A stretch of 64,000 nt of DNA from Obrimoposthia wandeli. Its lineage: Eukaryota. This document shows positions 14,331-29,563 of this stretch, in pieces. The notes beneath the pieces were generated by a model. The model worked only from the letters and a program-made list of their open reading frames with translations. It searched no databases and had not been told where the DNA came from. Every line of letters starts with the position of its first letter. Position 1 is the stretch's first letter. The stretch is taken from assembly GCA_977020255.1 (NCBI GenBank), contig CDROCS010001621.1, positions 124,001-188,000 of the forward strand, written 5' to 3'. The translations under genes were made by a program, and so were the position numbers.

Positions 14331-17137
14331 GGAATGTCAATTTAGTTATGGGTTTTTATTTAATATGGGGTCCAAATTTGCTGTAGTTAATCTTCATTTT
14401 AGTCCCATCGGAAATTGTAAAAGCACCAGTAGCTGTACGACTCTCACTTCGTTTGATAAAGGTAGCAATCTTGAAGTAATTGTTGTACACAGATGCAATA
14501 GTTTGTTAAATGTTGTTATTGTACATGAAATTCTTAAGTGTCGCTAGACAAGTGGTATCTTCAGCATTGAAACTATCTACAGCCTCATTGAATCAAAATT
14601 ATCACAATTTGAAATGGAATTGAATCAGCTTCCCCATAGAGTAAGAACTGGCGCTTGGAGGAAGCGATATTTTGTTTTGAAATAAGATATGAATTCTCAA
14701 TGGTGGTTTTCTGTGGTGTGAAGGTATTTGACCGAAGTGACATGTTGCACAACATAACTCCTTTCATGAAACTGTAATTGGTAAGCACATAAATTGCATT
14801 TCATTTTTTTTAATTCTTTGCAAAATTTTACACAATGATCTGCGATGTGATTTCATTTTATCATCTTAAATTTTAAAATATAAAAGTGTTACATATTTTT
14901 TTAAAACAAATATTCAGTCGAAAATTCAAATTTAAAAGAAACTCAATTTAAGAACTTTCCAATTTTTTGGTCAAACAAAAGGAAAACTAAAAAACAGTTA
15001 AAGTATACAAGAAGTCCTAAAAGTCGATTTAAGCACCCAAAATAGTCGCCTAAAAGGCCTCTGAGACACAAAAAATGCTATCAAAAGTTATTATTATTAG
15101 GTTATGATGCTACAGTAAAACAAGACAAATTATGATGTTACTTTTACAATTTTTGGATGGATTATTTTAAATAATTTGTTAAATCGGGGTTTTGTTCTAC
15201 AAATTTAATTAATCAATTAATGCATTATAGAAGCATCAAAAGAAACAGGAATAATTATCCATAATTTGGGGGAAATAACCGTAGGACTCGTTTGAGGGTT
15301 AATTGATAATGGAGAAAGGAGGGGAATCATCATAACTGCTGCAGTTTAACATTGATAATTGGATATTTGGATAATTCGATGTGTTATTCACGTAATCCCT
15401 TATTGGATATTATTCCAAATGACCTTGGAAAAAATATATTGGGAGTTTCAGTTGAACGTGCTTATTACACATTTGAATCAAGAACCTTAATTAACTATTT
15501 TCTTTAGCTAAGAAGCTCTTTAACTTTGTTTTTAAGTTCACTTAATAAATAAAATTTGCATTTCCTACACTAATGAAAAACAAGGGAAAAAATAGGAATT
15601 TTAAATATCAAATATTGTGTTTCACAAATTTCAAAATTTCTACAAAAATAGAAATATTAAAATAAATAATGACAATTGTAGTTATTTCTGCAAACTAAAC
15701 CATTAGTTATATTTACAATGATTATCAGACAATGATGACGAACATTGAGTTTATCTGATTTGAAATGAATTTAAAGAAATTCCAATTAAAAATGAATCCA
15801 TTTAAAGTTATATGTTTTAAATGATTTTATAGCATTACAATTAAGTATCGATATTGTGAACAGCAACAAAAATGTCAAATTTGTTCGCATTAAGCGTTGT
15901 TCACAATGTCGATAGTTAAGTGTATGTTTATTTTCTTTTCAAATACAAATAAATTATATATTAATTACGCTTTTCTTAATTAAAAATGACATTGGTACGG
16001 GTTTACTTCAAATAATTTTTAAACCTGAAATTTTAGTTTACGGAGAAACTAAAATTTTAAAAGATATTTTATTGAAAACAGATCTTGAAAAAGATTTAAT
16101 AGAGATATTAATTGAATTGGTGGACTGAAAAAAACTTATAGTAAAGAAGATTACGTTGACGGATCAAAATGAAGTAAATTACTATAATTGTATTAATATA
16201 ATTTATATATTTTGTGTTTTCAATTGTGATGTATTCTTTATGTTTTATGATATATTTATTTATTCCCTTTTGTAATTTGTTGTTACAATGTTAAAGATTT
16301 TGTTTACAAATGGATGAGAATGATTGAAAATATTAATTTCTATATTGTATATTTTAAATAAGGAAACTTATCTAATTTTCAGACTTAATATTGGCATTTG
16401 AGAGATTATTGAACTAATTGAAGTAAATTAAATTAAAAAGCTTTAAGAAAATATAAAAATTATTTCAATCTCCAAAATGTTTTTGATGTTAAATAATAAT
16501 AATAAATATAAGGAAGAAGAAATTGAAAATTTATTGGCTGGTTCTAATATAAATACTAATAAGAATAAAATTATTAATAGTAATTTACTTTTTTTATTAG
16601 ACTTTTTGTCAATTAATTTTATAGGAGATAAATTTAATGGTAATGGAAGATTAAAATCAAATTAAACATGAATAGTATTGTAAACATTTATGTTTAAGAT
16701 TTACTTTTTGGATTTTAATAGATTTTGATTTTGATTTTTGATTTCATAAATTAAAGTTTAACTAAATTTCATGTTAAATATTTTAAAGCTTAGATTTTTG
16801 CTACTAATTTAAAATATGTGAAACAAAATATTCTGCTTTGTAAATTTATCCTCGTCTCTTTCATTATAATTTTTAAAATTTCTTTTATGAAACTGACATA
16901 GGGAAAATGTTAAGGAACGTAAGGAGTTAAGGAAGACTATTGTGTACGGTCCTTATGAAAAATGACAAGTACACACCAAACTTCCAATGTCAAACATATC
17001 TGAAAGAAATATCAAACATGTCAAAATTCTTTAAAATTTTCCATGCGGTTTTTATCCAATGTGCGACTGTAAATTTTTGACATATTATTGAAATATTACA
17101 CAAATTATAAAAGAAACAAAAAAAATATTTATCTGAC

Positions 17138-17317
17138 CTGTGATGAGTTAATGGATCTAAGATGATTGAGCAATGATGGCCGGATTTTCTCCTGGTAGGC
17201 AAAGTTGGAGACGGTCTGGATCAGGGCAATTATTGAGTCCACAATTTCAGTATAGATCACGTTGCAGGTCAGCAGTCGTTCGAACACGGCAGGATAAACA
17301 CGGTTGAGCAGGAACTT
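17138..17317 (-). CDS. SCYL2: SCYL2-like exon (KFLLNRVYP...RSINSSQ), HEAT repeat region
   Basis: Acceptor ccttctag|AAG, donor CAG|gtcaga; 180 nt, open and GC-rich; parallels SCYL2 RVIVQRILP...QEPIQ. Confidence 0.87.
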
Positions 17318-18713
17318 CTAGAAGGCTCAAACCCACTTTCATTTGATATACTTAAAACGTAACAATTTTAAACGTTGTGAATCTCAATCGAAACAGGTTT
17401 ATTTGTCACGTTATGTATTGGCTTTTACGATACGGGAAAATATGCGATTTATTCGTCATGATAAATATTAAAAAATAGTGCACAAATATTTATAATTTTA
17501 GATTTGAATTAAGTATTATAAATATAAAACGAGAATTTTGAATTTTGAATATTCGAATGTTTGAGTTTGACTAATTCTTCCTGAATCTGTAAAACGTGAT
17601 TGTTCAAATGCCTTGAAATATTTGCAAAATTATTTTGTCAGAAATAGCTTATTAAAAGAATTAAACATGTAGTTAATAAAATTTTCAATTAAAACATCAA
17701 ATTGAAAGTTTCAGCTAGTAAAAAAACAAGATTTTACAAATGGGTCAGAAACTATTCCATGTGCATGACAGGGTTAGGCTATTTCATTTATGATACATAA
17801 AGTTACCACTGTTAAATATAAACTGCGAATAAAATCCCTTTACACTAACAAATAATTATCTTTTGAAAAAATACCAAAGTCACATGTAATAATTAACTAA
17901 GTTAGTTCATACTTTCAATAAATGACAAGTTATAGATTTAATCTATAATTATTCAAATCAAATCCTTTATTTTGACTATACATTTAGTGATATCTAAAAT
18001 ATTATATCTTATCAAGATAGCAAAATAAAACTGAATATCTTTTATGAAAATGAAATTTTAAAAATGCAATAGACACAAAATCAATAATAACTACAGTGTT
18101 TATTTATTAGTACAATGTTTCTTGATTACATTTACTTATTTATCATCCAAATATTTATATAAATTAACAATTGTAGAAGGTACTTCCACTATAATTTTCT
18201 CACTTCGTAATATATATTTTGCCACAAATCTTCTTCGTTAAAGACCTCAGACTATCATAAATTCGATATTTTAAGATTATTTTAATTTTTTAAATAGTCA
18301 CTTTACTTAACTTGAACTTTTGTGCTACCACGGATACATTTATATTTTTTCTTATAATTTATCCTTAACCAAATTTTCAAATTATTAAGTATTAATATTT
18401 CATGAAATTAACTCATATAAAATGAAATTTAATAATCAAAACATTACCACAAAATACTGTAAAAGGTCTTGCTAATAGTTAGTCTTCATTTTGTAGAGTT
18501 TTAATTAATTTTACTGGGGGCAATAAACTATACATTATTCTAAAAATAGTTTATGTTTTCTGATGCATAAATTTATATTTTATTCATAGTTATACTTCTT
18601 CTTTTATATATAATGACTGATTTAAAAATGTTACCAAGAAAATCAAAAGTGTAAAATGTTTTTCTCGTTGACTAAGTTTTCATTTCATTGGTAACAAGAT
18701 GCATGCGACTAAC

Positions 18714-18839
18714 CTGTTCAAATGTGTCCATGATATCTGTAAGAGTGAGAAACAGCTCCTTCTTTTCCTCGTAAGACTTGTTGTCCATCAGCGACAAGCT
18801 CTCCATTGTCAAGATCCGTTTGTCATTGAAGTACTTCAG
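18714..18839 (-). CDS. SCYL2: SCYL2-like exon (LKYFNDKRILTMESL...DTFEQ)
   Basis: Acceptor ctttgcag|CTG, donor CAG|gttagt; 126 nt; parallels SCYL2 IPFFDDV...QKSQFFKGL. Confidence 0.88.
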
Positions 18840-21782
18840 CTGCAAAGAAGAACCTTTAAGAAATTTTAAATAAACTAAATATTAAAATGCATGTTTTTAC
18901 AACGATATATAAATTAAATATTTTCTTTACTCTAATTTTACGGGTTTAAAAACTAGTTTTGATAATTTTTTCAAATAAATTCATAAATACTGGTAAACGA
19001 AGCCTATGCTATTTAAAAAATGCTCTGTCTTTGAGTGACATCGTCAAAGAAATAAATATTTATGTATATATTTCTGCTGAAATTACAGGTTTCAATTTTC
19101 TGACTCAAATTCACCACTACACACCAGTGCTTGAAGCTGCAATTATCGATCTCCCATTGAACATAATTTCTACGATTTCCACACCAACATATATTTCTGT
19201 CGATTTACAATGTAAAATGGAAAATATCTCTAATTTCTTTGCAAATAATTATACAAGCGCCACACTTTCAAATTTTAATTTCGTTTTTATAAGAACCATA
19301 ATGTGTTATGTTTATGCCTCAAATAGTAAAGTAAAATAATGTTGCGTTGTATTCATAATAAAAAGTTTATATCTGTGTAATCTATTTGCTAATAAATGAA
19401 AAAGTAAAAAAACATTGTATCAAAGAAATTTTAATTTAATGAAAAGTTAAAATTAATAGCAAGAATAACAATAACATATTTAATATAGTGCTTATATCTA
19501 TTAAATCTGTGATTTATTACTCATAGGCACTTCCTGTTTTATATTATTCTTTGTAATATTTTCTGAATAGTAAAGTCTTTGATTCCTTCTTAAATTTTTC
19601 TACATTGTTACAGTTTCTTATATTCAACAGTAAATACAACACCCTGTTTGTCATTTGAGAATTTCATAACCAATCTGCAGTTACCATAGTTTCCTCTAAG
19701 ATATATATACTTGCCCACTGCTCAAGGCTGAAGAAGATCATATAAATATTCGGAGTTTGATGAGAAATGACATTTTTAGATTAATAAGTAGTATCCTAAC
19801 TTCAATCTGGCATTAGTCGTATTGGAAGCCAATGGAGATTCAATAAATGTTCACTTGTACTAGCACATTTTTGTAAGTTAAATATAATTATGATAGCTTT
19901 ATTTTAATTGTTTTGGAAGTGATTTGATTAATGAGTTGGAATATAAAACAGTAAATAATTTTGAAAATCAAGACTTGATATAATAATCGCATACGTTGGC
20001 ATTATAGTAAATTTTGTAGTAAAAAGTAACAAAAACCGATAAAATTCAATTTCCTTAAAATTATATTTATATTTGCGATAGTTTTATTTCAAATTACTTT
20101 AAAGTTATTCTCATAAAAATTGACTGATAAAAGAAAAAAAAACAAGAAAGCTAAATTTAGATTTAATTAGTAATTACCTTGCAAATTGAGAAAAACAAAA
20201 ATCACGTTTGGATATTTTTTATTAGTTAAATTAATTAGGAGACTAATTATTAATCTCAATTTAAGTCAACTCAAAATTACTTGCAATTTAAATGCACCGC
20301 AAATCTTACTACTTTTAACGTTGTAGAAAAACTAAAAATCTCATTCGTTCTCATTCATACAATCACTATTCAATTTTAATTACTTAAGCATTTAGTAGCT
20401 TTGGTTAAATTTTATTTAATAATTTTAAATTAAGTAATATCATTTAAAGATTGAACATCATTAGAGAACTTGAAGTCATTTAATATGAACCCATCTCTAC
20501 GTTTGATTGCGAGATTTTTTATAATCAAATGTGAAAATGTGAGAATATTGTACCTGTTTTTGTAATAACACATTCAACTGTATAATTCTTTTCAGCAGAA
20601 ATTTTCCATTTTCCTTATTTCTTTAACTTTATCAAATTGTTTTTTATATACATTTAGGAAATAAAAGTTATAGTTACATCAACTTTGACATAAATTACTT
20701 TTACAAGAAATAATCCCAAATGGAACTGTTCAATTTTAAAAATTTTAATTTTATTGGTTAATAATATTAAATTGACAACGAATCTATGCTTAATATTTGT
20801 TCTTCTAAAACTAATTAAAAAAAATCGTTTTGTAAGAAATGAAAATTTTCAAATTATATGATTTTTTAAAATGTATATTTAAATAGGTTAAATAAAATGA
20901 ATTATTGATATAAACTTCAAACAAATTCAAAATCATTAACATAATAAACTTTAGTTTTATTCATATGAAAAAATTAGTATCACTTATTTATGTGTATAAC
21001 CTACATAAATCAATGTAAAAATATAATTCATTTAAAATTTTGATTATTTAAGAACTTTTAGGCATAATTAATTTTATATATTTGTTCAAAATTACTCAGA
21101 TTTGAATTTATTTCATATTACATTGGTTATTTTAATGTTCAGAGATGCACAGTGTTTCACTTTGTACCTATTTATTTGTTTTTATCTTAACTTTTAAATT
21201 TGAAAATTTGCAATTAAAATTTTTATCTGAGGAATTTAATGAAAGTTAAATGAGAGTGAACAAGGGATTTCCACTCACTACAATATGTACTGATTTTCCG
21301 TGACCAGCAGTATTTTAATAGAAACGTTAATAAATGTTGTTCAAAAAATGCTTTAAATCGTTATTGTTACAAAAACATAATGCATGTAATATTTTTAATT
21401 TTCTATAAATGCTAAAGATTCATTTAGAAATTAAAATTCACCAACTTTTATTTTAGAATTTAGCACTTTGAAATGTTATGTTCCTCTTTTTCTACGATGT
21501 TGAGCTTGATATCTCGACTATCTACATAAATACAATAGCAAGAAAGTTATTTTTGGTTCCATTCTATATTGCCATCTACTATTTTCAAAATTTGCAATTC
21601 TACAGCATCTTTTCGGAAATATAAAAAATAATATGGCTTGTTCTACAAATACAAAGATTACCTGATCAAATAGAAGACGAGACACTTTAGTTACTACTCT
21701 TAGAATTGAACTTTATAACCGTTCATGGTTACTGCTTTGGTAAGTCATATTGCTGGTTATTCTGACAGTTTCCAGAAAGCTA

Positions 21783-22509
21783 CAGTCGTCCCCAGAACAT
21801 AAGGACTAGTCCTTATAATTGAAGAAATCACGATAATTTCAGATATATTTTTTTAAACATAATAAAATATCATACACTGATTTTTTATTTTTTACTGAAA
21901 TTTTTGTTTCATACTGGGTGAATTATTATGTCTGCTGGGTGATAATTTTATATATCAGTAATCAGTAGAGCAAATGTGTCAGTAGAGCAAATGTGTCCTT
22001 TACTGACACTGACTACTGACATTTATTTTTTTAAATTAACAATGTCTTGTATTGAAATTAAGGTTGAATCTATTAAGGAGAAAAGAAAAATCCTTGTGAT
22101 TGAATTAAATGAAAACTATGTACAAATTGGCGAGACTAATTTTCAAAATAATTCCTTTACAAATTCAATTAACCTGGGTAATTACAATAGATTGTATGGT
22201 TTAAACTATAAAATAAATACGTTAGCTATTTCTGTGGACAATTCACAGTCTGAAAGAACATACCCTTCAACATTTTTTTTAACAGAACTTATGCCACTTT
22301 AATTTATTTTTAATTTATTTTATTCTTCATTGGAAAAAATGAAATGTTTTGTTAATAAAGAGTCATAAAATTTTAAATTTCTAATCTATTATATTCCAAG
22401 ATTAAATGTCAAACCATTCCTTATTTGAATATATTGCTTGAATTTAAAAATACTAATAATTTGACATGATCGATGACAAGGACTAGTCCCTATGTTCGGG
22501 AGAAGACTG
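21783..22509. mobile_element. Tc1/mariner-type non-autonomous element (MITE), 727 bp
   Basis: 30-bp TIRs CAGTCGTCCCCAGAACATAAGGACTAGTCC / GGACTAGTCCCTATGTTCGGGAGAAGACTG (4 mismatches), TA on both sides; internal 17-bp tandem duplication at ~21963-21997. Confidence 0.85.
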
Positions 22510-23679
22510 TAGGGTCATCATAAATATATGGAAGTTAATAAAGAAGCAACAAGTCATGAAGATAATTGGTACAAGGTGAAAATGACCTTGTAGTTAACAA
22601 ATTGTCAATTAATGATACTTAATTTAATTTATTTTCTACAGAAATGTTAGAAACTTTCACTATGCCAAACTACTCTTCATTTATAGTGATATTTACCAAA
22701 TCCATTTTTGCTTTTCGTAATCATTAAGAAATGAAAATGAATTTGCACTTATAATTTATTGTAATTTTAATTCAGAAAAGCATTGTAGATTAGAATAATT
22801 ATTTTAGTTTCACTTCTCAATGTAAAATAAAGACATTTCTAATTTTCTAATGTTAAAATATACTCAAATCTAAAGAAAATGGTTCAGTTTGAAATATATG
22901 AAATTTATGAAAATAAATAAATGAACTGCAATGCGTTCTTGGAGCAAAGTTAGTATTTGAAGGCTTCGGGAATCCATAAGGATGTGAAATTAATTTATTA
23001 AGCGACTTAAATTCAATTGAATTCTGTGAAATGTGTGAATATGTACGGATTTGTGGAGAAAATGAGATGAAAGTACGTCAATCAATTCATGACTTATGGA
23101 AGGGATTATTGCATAGAAGATGTCACCGGGGAGAATAGATTGTAGAGAAGTGGGAGAAAATGGATTATCAGCTTATGATGATGATTATTTGTCCATCTAG
23201 GAGAGAAGGTGACTATGCAATTAGAATTTTAAATTGTCCTCGTTTAAGTGGTTCGGACGACAAGTTAAACATACAAACGTAAATCAATTGAAAATATTTA
23301 TTCACATTTTCAAACCTATACAATCCAACAACTACATATTTTAACAATAAAGAAAAATAAACATATTTGCAAGTTTAAAAAATATTATTCTTTTTGCATA
23401 CACGTATTTTGTCGTTGTGTTTCGATGCATCTTCATCATATTGACTCTCCCTATATAAAAGGATATACATAACTTTTCAGTTAATCCATTGTTAAAGGCG
23501 GTTAGAACATTTAAAAAATGATTTAATGTTACTCAAATCAAATTTAGTCTATTTTGCATAAAGTTTTTATATTGATCATTATTTCCACAAGAGTGTCATT
23601 TATTAATGATGCATTCGAATAAATATGTGTTATGGTGATACTGATTATGGTGTTGATGGGAATAATAAGGTATTCATAC

Positions 23680-23796
23680 CAGGGAGAAAAGCTGTGAATT
23701 TGGTCTGTATCGGATGTCGCGATTGATCATCTTCTCCACTGGTTCAATTAGATCTCGCGGAATCTGGTCAACCAGTCTGCTGAATGACTCGTGCAA
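23680..23796 (-). CDS. SCYL2: SCYL2-like exon (LHESFSRLVDQIP...RYRPNSQLFSL), kinase subdomain XI
   Basis: Acceptor tttttacag|TTG, donor CTG|gtatga; 117 nt, phase 0/0; RP motif. Confidence 0.88.
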
Positions 23797-23947
23797 CTGT
23801 AAAAAAAACAGAACAATTAAAACTAAAGTGTACATTTCATTTATTATACAAAATGCATAGACTATTTCATGTGGTTAGAGATTCTTAATAACACCAATAT
23901 TTTAAATATTACATTTATACATTGTGTTAATAAATAATAAGGCTAAT

Positions 23948-24964
23948 GTACCCCGTGCAGAAACATTTAGGGTACCTACATTAATTTACATTTATACATA
24001 CTATAATAACTATTTCATCGTGTGTTTGGCATGATTTTTTTATGCATTTAAATGCTATGGAGAAATCTACAGAATTAACAGAGTTTGATCAAGGAAAAAT
24101 ATTTCACTATTCGAAGACAACATTAACATTCTTATCATCAAACAGTGAATAAACATGGGAAGTATGTAGATGGAAAATAAGTAAAGCAAATTTGTGTAAA
24201 TATCTAAGAAATTAGGTGAAAACGTTCAAGAGAAGTAAGAAAGAAACCAAAATTTAGTTATATACTAGAGGAATAGCAAATAATTCGAGAAAGCAATTGT
24301 GTTAGAAATAATTTGAGTGACAAAAAGAAGTTGTGTGCTAAAGGTCCAGATGGTTACTATAAAGCATGGATATTTGATGATTCAGAATATGAAATTTGTC
24401 CAGAAACATATTGCATTGGTGCTCAAAACGTATTCTGATATCATTGGATAAAAGTGAAAAAAATTTAAATCTGAAACGAATTCTAATAAATTATCTCATT
24501 GAGCTTTTCGGTACATATAGATATTACAACAATTTTTGAAACTCTATGTTGAAGAAAAAGTCCAGCATTGGACCTTTATCAACAAGACAATGCTACAATT
24601 ACTACGGCAGTAACACAAATATGGTTTCAAGATAAAAATATCGATTTATTGGCATATTCAGCTAATGGACCTGACCTAAACACAATTGAAAATTTCTGCC
24701 CATGTAGGATGGTTTCTAGTGTTTCCGAACGAACAAAAATATTTCCTTTCTTATTTATGTGACGTTAAGTGCATTGACGTTATTCAGTATCAGGGGAAAC
24801 TCATTAGACAAAGTTCCATTATTTAAAAAAAAATAATATATTACTGTCTTTAAACTTTTTTCACGCTTCACACTCAATGTAATTAAATAGATAAAGAAAC
24901 ATTGTAAAATATATTAATTACAAATTAAAAATTTCTAGTGTCCTTTAAAGTTTTGCACATACTT
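23948..24964 (+). mobile_element. Degenerate Tc1/Tc3-like transposon
   Basis: KSTELTEFDQGKI N-terminus; YQQDNA...IWFQDKNIDLL...GPDLNTIENF catalytic region (24568-24700); weakly matching TIR-like ends. Confidence 0.75.
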
Positions 24965-26145
24965 TACAAATGCTGGTATATACATATACTCAATTAATGT
25001 ATCGGCACAAGTGTAAATTCACGAACAGTAACCTTCAATCTAAATCATTTCAACTTAATAGATTAATAATATTAAATTGACGAAGAATCTATACTTAATG
25101 TTTACTAAATAAATATTGAAAGTTAAAATATTTAATAAAAATAATTGAAGGTATTGTTTTATTTTTTTTGTATTTGAAATTAAATGCTAATGCGATTAAG
25201 GTTAAATATAATAGGGAGTTTTAACATAAAAGAAGCTTTTTTGAAAGATCATATTTGTTAAATAAAAAATTGTTACAAAATTCAAATTAATATCAAAATA
25301 TTTCAAAAGCATTTATTTTGAAAACTTATATTTTATTTTCATGAAAAGTTATTGTATAATTTATTTTGTAATAATACCTATATTCATAATTATAGAAAAT
25401 AATTATTTCGAAATCCATTTCAGTTGAAGTTTTGACAGTTTAAAAGCATTTACACAAAATTAATTTGAAATGTGCGTTAAAAACGATATCATATGATTAT
25501 TTTAATTTTCAGATATTCCTAGTTTGTATTATTCTTTTGTGGAAAGCATAAATAATTTTAACTCATTTTGAGACACTTAATTTTTTTAAAAATTATTTAT
25601 TTTGTAAGTATAAATTGACTTACAATGTTTTGTTACATTTTACCCTTAGTGAATATCTTGGGTCTTTGGGGAATATTGAGGATCTTGAGAAATGGCATAT
25701 TTACGTTACCAGGAAAGAACGCCCTTCAATTTAGGGATTCATTCGATTACTCGTACATATCATCTGTACATCAATGTGGGTCATATACACTCAGACAAAA
25801 TGTCTGCTAGTCAGACCACGATAAATAATAGATTATCCAGCAATAATGGAGTTCAAACACATGATTCGGACCCAAATGAATTAGACAAAGTTACTTATAG
25901 CGAAAAAAATGTTTATACCATACAGTTCAAATGTCTACAATATCTCTAAACATGAATTACAAACGGAAGAAAAGTTGTTTAATAAATATTGAACTTGTTT
26001 AAAATGGACAAAGTTTCAAAAAATGCACTACGTTCAAATTAAATAAAACATGTAGACTTCTAAATCAATTATGTTTTCATTCAGAATCTTATGAAACAAT
26101 GTAATAGCAAAACACAATAATATTAATTAGTTAAATCATCTTGCT

Positions 26146-27052
26146 CACGGGTTACCAAACTATTTTTCTGTACTCTATGCTAATTATCTTTCCAATTTTC
26201 CGAGCCCCCTTAGCGTAAATTATATCTCTATGCCTAACTACACTGATAACACTGAACACTTTTTTGTCAAGCAATGTGAATAATGATTTTGCTTCTTGTA
26301 CACACGCAGTCAATGCCATGTTTTTTGTTAGACAGTTTCAATTGGAGAACATGCTTCACATGTAATATATTTCTATATTAACTTTTCATGTACATGAGTT
26401 GAGAAAAACCATTCTCACAAAAAAAAGATGACATGAAGTTATCAACAGTTCCAAAGCATTGCTTAAAAGATCTTCAAATACTTCAAAAGTGATCATCCAT
26501 AATTCTTCTGGAAAGGAGTCTTCAGTGTAAAATCATTTAGAATCTCATTGAGGATTTCTTTGCACTTCAAAGACAGATCAGCCCTATCTAATAATATGGC
26601 ATGGAATGAATCATGTACCCATTCATATTAGTATTTACTTCCGAAGTGCGCAGTTGAGAGTCATCTCGAAGAACCTACAGATGATTCAGCTGATGACAAT
26701 TGACACTTTGTGAACTTGAATTATCGGGATCCAAGGTGAAACAAAATTCGATGTAGTGTTGCTCATCTCTTTGTGCTGGTTTCTAATTTTCTTTTTGACA
26801 TATCTGATGTGTTTGCGACGAGAAGAACACAGTTGGCCCACACTATGCTACGTTTTAAATATCAAAAAATACAGACAATAGCTTACGGGTAGTGTAACCC
26901 TGATTTGGAAAGTTTTCGGTGAGCATGATAGTGAGTTGAGAAGAAAATGAAGTTTTAACACATAATCATAAAAACAACGTCGCTGTTAATTGATGCTTCT
27001 TTTTTACTAGCAACTCAAGTAACATCGCGGCATCCTAGGTTGGGAAATTCTG
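26146..27052 (-). mobile_element. Internally deleted hAT (Charlie/ZBED5-like) element
   Basis: Termini CACGGGTTACCAAACT and AGGTTGGGAAATTCTG resemble hAT TIRs; flanking 8-mers atcttgct/gtctacct match 5/8; internal YIEFCFT fragment. Confidence 0.5.
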
Positions 27053-28249
27053 GTCTACCTGTAAGTTCTATTCTATATGCACTAATTAAATATCAATATC
27101 TTTTTATTAATACGACAATTTTTATACGGTTGAAAATATGAAAATTATTATTACGAAAGACTGTATTAATAATCGTCAAAAACATTTTAAAACGTTAATT
27201 TTCAGTATATCTAAGCGTATTTAAAAGGTAAACAACTGTATGAGTTCTAATTTCTATTAAATAAAGGTTTTTATAAACAAAAACATTTCTTACTACGATT
27301 TATAGTTTTTTAACTTGTAAAATTCTACAATGTTTTAATATAATTTTTTAATACGTTTTTGTCAAATATCTACCGAAATAAACTGTAAAAGCGGTATATG
27401 AAACCTACAATTTTACAATTTTACAATATATTCTGAATTTTTTTATATATTCTGAATGGCTTTTGAAAATATTTTTGCAGGGATTGTTAATAAAAAATAT
27501 CATAATTAAAGAAATTATGGATTTTAATTTTCAACAAAACCCAGGTTATATTTATTATGATAAATCTCAGGTAAACGTTTATGTCAACTAGGAGGCATTA
27601 TACACTTGTTTACGGGTTACATTACTTATTTCACATAAATGGTAAACATGTAATAAAAATACATAAAAAATCAAGAAACTTAGTCAAATTTTAATTTTTT
27701 TCAAAATATGAAGAGAGTTTATCATTTATTAATAGATTTTCGTACATTCATTTAGATGTGAAAAAATTGATAATAGTCAAATGTGAACATGTATAATGGT
27801 AACATGTTTCATTTTAATAAATTGTGAGAAACCTTTGATGTCTTATCCAAGATCAAGTCTTTAGAAATAACCAAATACTTTCCAATATTTTGCTTTTTTA
27901 AGTGGGTAAAGTATTTGTTTTATTCCCATATTCTAGTCGACTTCCCATTTACTTACTTATAAAATTGCGTACTAAAATAAACTGAGATTTTAGAGCATGT
28001 ACTCTAAAAAGTACTATAAATGAATACATTATTAATTACAATTATCATATCTTAGTTATTATTTATTTTGACTTAAATCATTAGTAGCCATTTTCAAAAT
28101 ATTAGAACAATCTTTCAAGTGACTTTTTTAATAAAATTATAAAGAGTATGCTTTTTAAAAAGTATTTCTAATTTAAGAACAGAATAAAACTGATCATACC
28201 AGAAAGATTACAAGATTATCAAAACTTTAATATAATTGGTATCAGCATA

Positions 28250-28660
28250 CAGTTTGTTTTATGCTGTTTACTATATAGGGGGGTTGATTCGCATGGGTCT
28301 GCTGTTGTTTTCCATTTGTTGATTTGTATATAAAGAAATTAAAACCATAAAATAAACTTTGATAACTTTGTAAAATCACTCTGTCTTCTTAAAAGCTTGC
28401 TACAAAAGAGTTTCTGGGCAACGAGTAAAATGTGTATGCATAAGATAAATGTGTCGTGTTTCAGATAAAAAGCACTTTTAACAAAGCTAAACGATGAAGA
28501 AATCCACTTCTAAACGGCAGAACTTCTACAATATCAAATGGAACTATAACAAGCAGAAAGTATGTATATGCACCCAAGAAGCAAATATAATGACAGTAGA
28601 TTGATAAAAATTCAAATAACAAAGATTGATGGAAAATTTATTATCCGAATCTCTACAGTA
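28250..28660 (+). mobile_element. piggyBac-like transposase remnant
   Basis: GSAVVFHLL followed by NHKINFDNFVKSLCLLKSLLQKSFWAT, resembling the piggyBac xFDNFFTS catalytic region. Confidence 0.6.
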
Positions 28661-29563
28661 ATTCACCAGTAAAAAAATATTTTTATCAAATTTGAATATT
28701 GCAATAAGGAAATATTACATAGAATTATGGAAAATTATGGAAACTTTGAAGTGCATTTGAGTAATATAATTATTAAATATATTTTTGTTTGTGTTATGTT
28801 TTGATAAAAGACAAAACTAATAAATATAAAACTGTTAGACAAGTAATACCAATTTCAACGAGTTCTGGCTAAATAACTTTAATATGTTTACAGACATTTA
28901 AAAAGTTTCAATTTCATTATTAACATTATAACAGTTTGTTTTATATTGACGTGTTAGATTTCACTTATTACATTTTAATCTTTTTATGTTCAATCTAAAC
29001 ACGTTTTAAATGATCAGATATCAAATTAAACATATATCACTTTATTTCATCATAAATTTAACTGTTTTAAAATTTTGAAACAATCGCAATTGTATAAATA
29101 TTTAAACAATAGATAATAAAAGTATTTGTAGGCAATATGAACAAAAATGTTCCAGATTAGTAATACGCATTCCATATTTAAAACTGATAGATTATTTTAT
29201 TTTATTAATAGAAATGTGTTTGTTTTACAATAATAAATAGTAATATTTCCTTCGTACACAAACTCTAAATTGCAACTATAATTTATATAAAGAAAACATT
29301 CAAAACCAAAACTAATATTTATAAACGAAGTTTTCAATGAATGCCGTACATTTTGATTGAAAGGCTGCTTTTTCACTGTGGTATCAGTAAATCTCTCTAT
29401 TGTCAGAATATAAATAATTCTGGAGTAATGGCGAATAAATTTAAAAGTCATTCAAGTATTTTTAAAACTAAATGAATTAAAAAACTGTGCTGAATGATGT
29501 TGAATCAAATTAAGTGAAACGAAAATGTAACATCGTTTGTACTGTGTGTCGAGGCCAGATTAC

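Noticed and set aside
26690-26700. Hammerhead ribozyme core CTGATGA (also near 31804)
   Set aside because: No flanking stems or correctly placed GAAA partner could be found.
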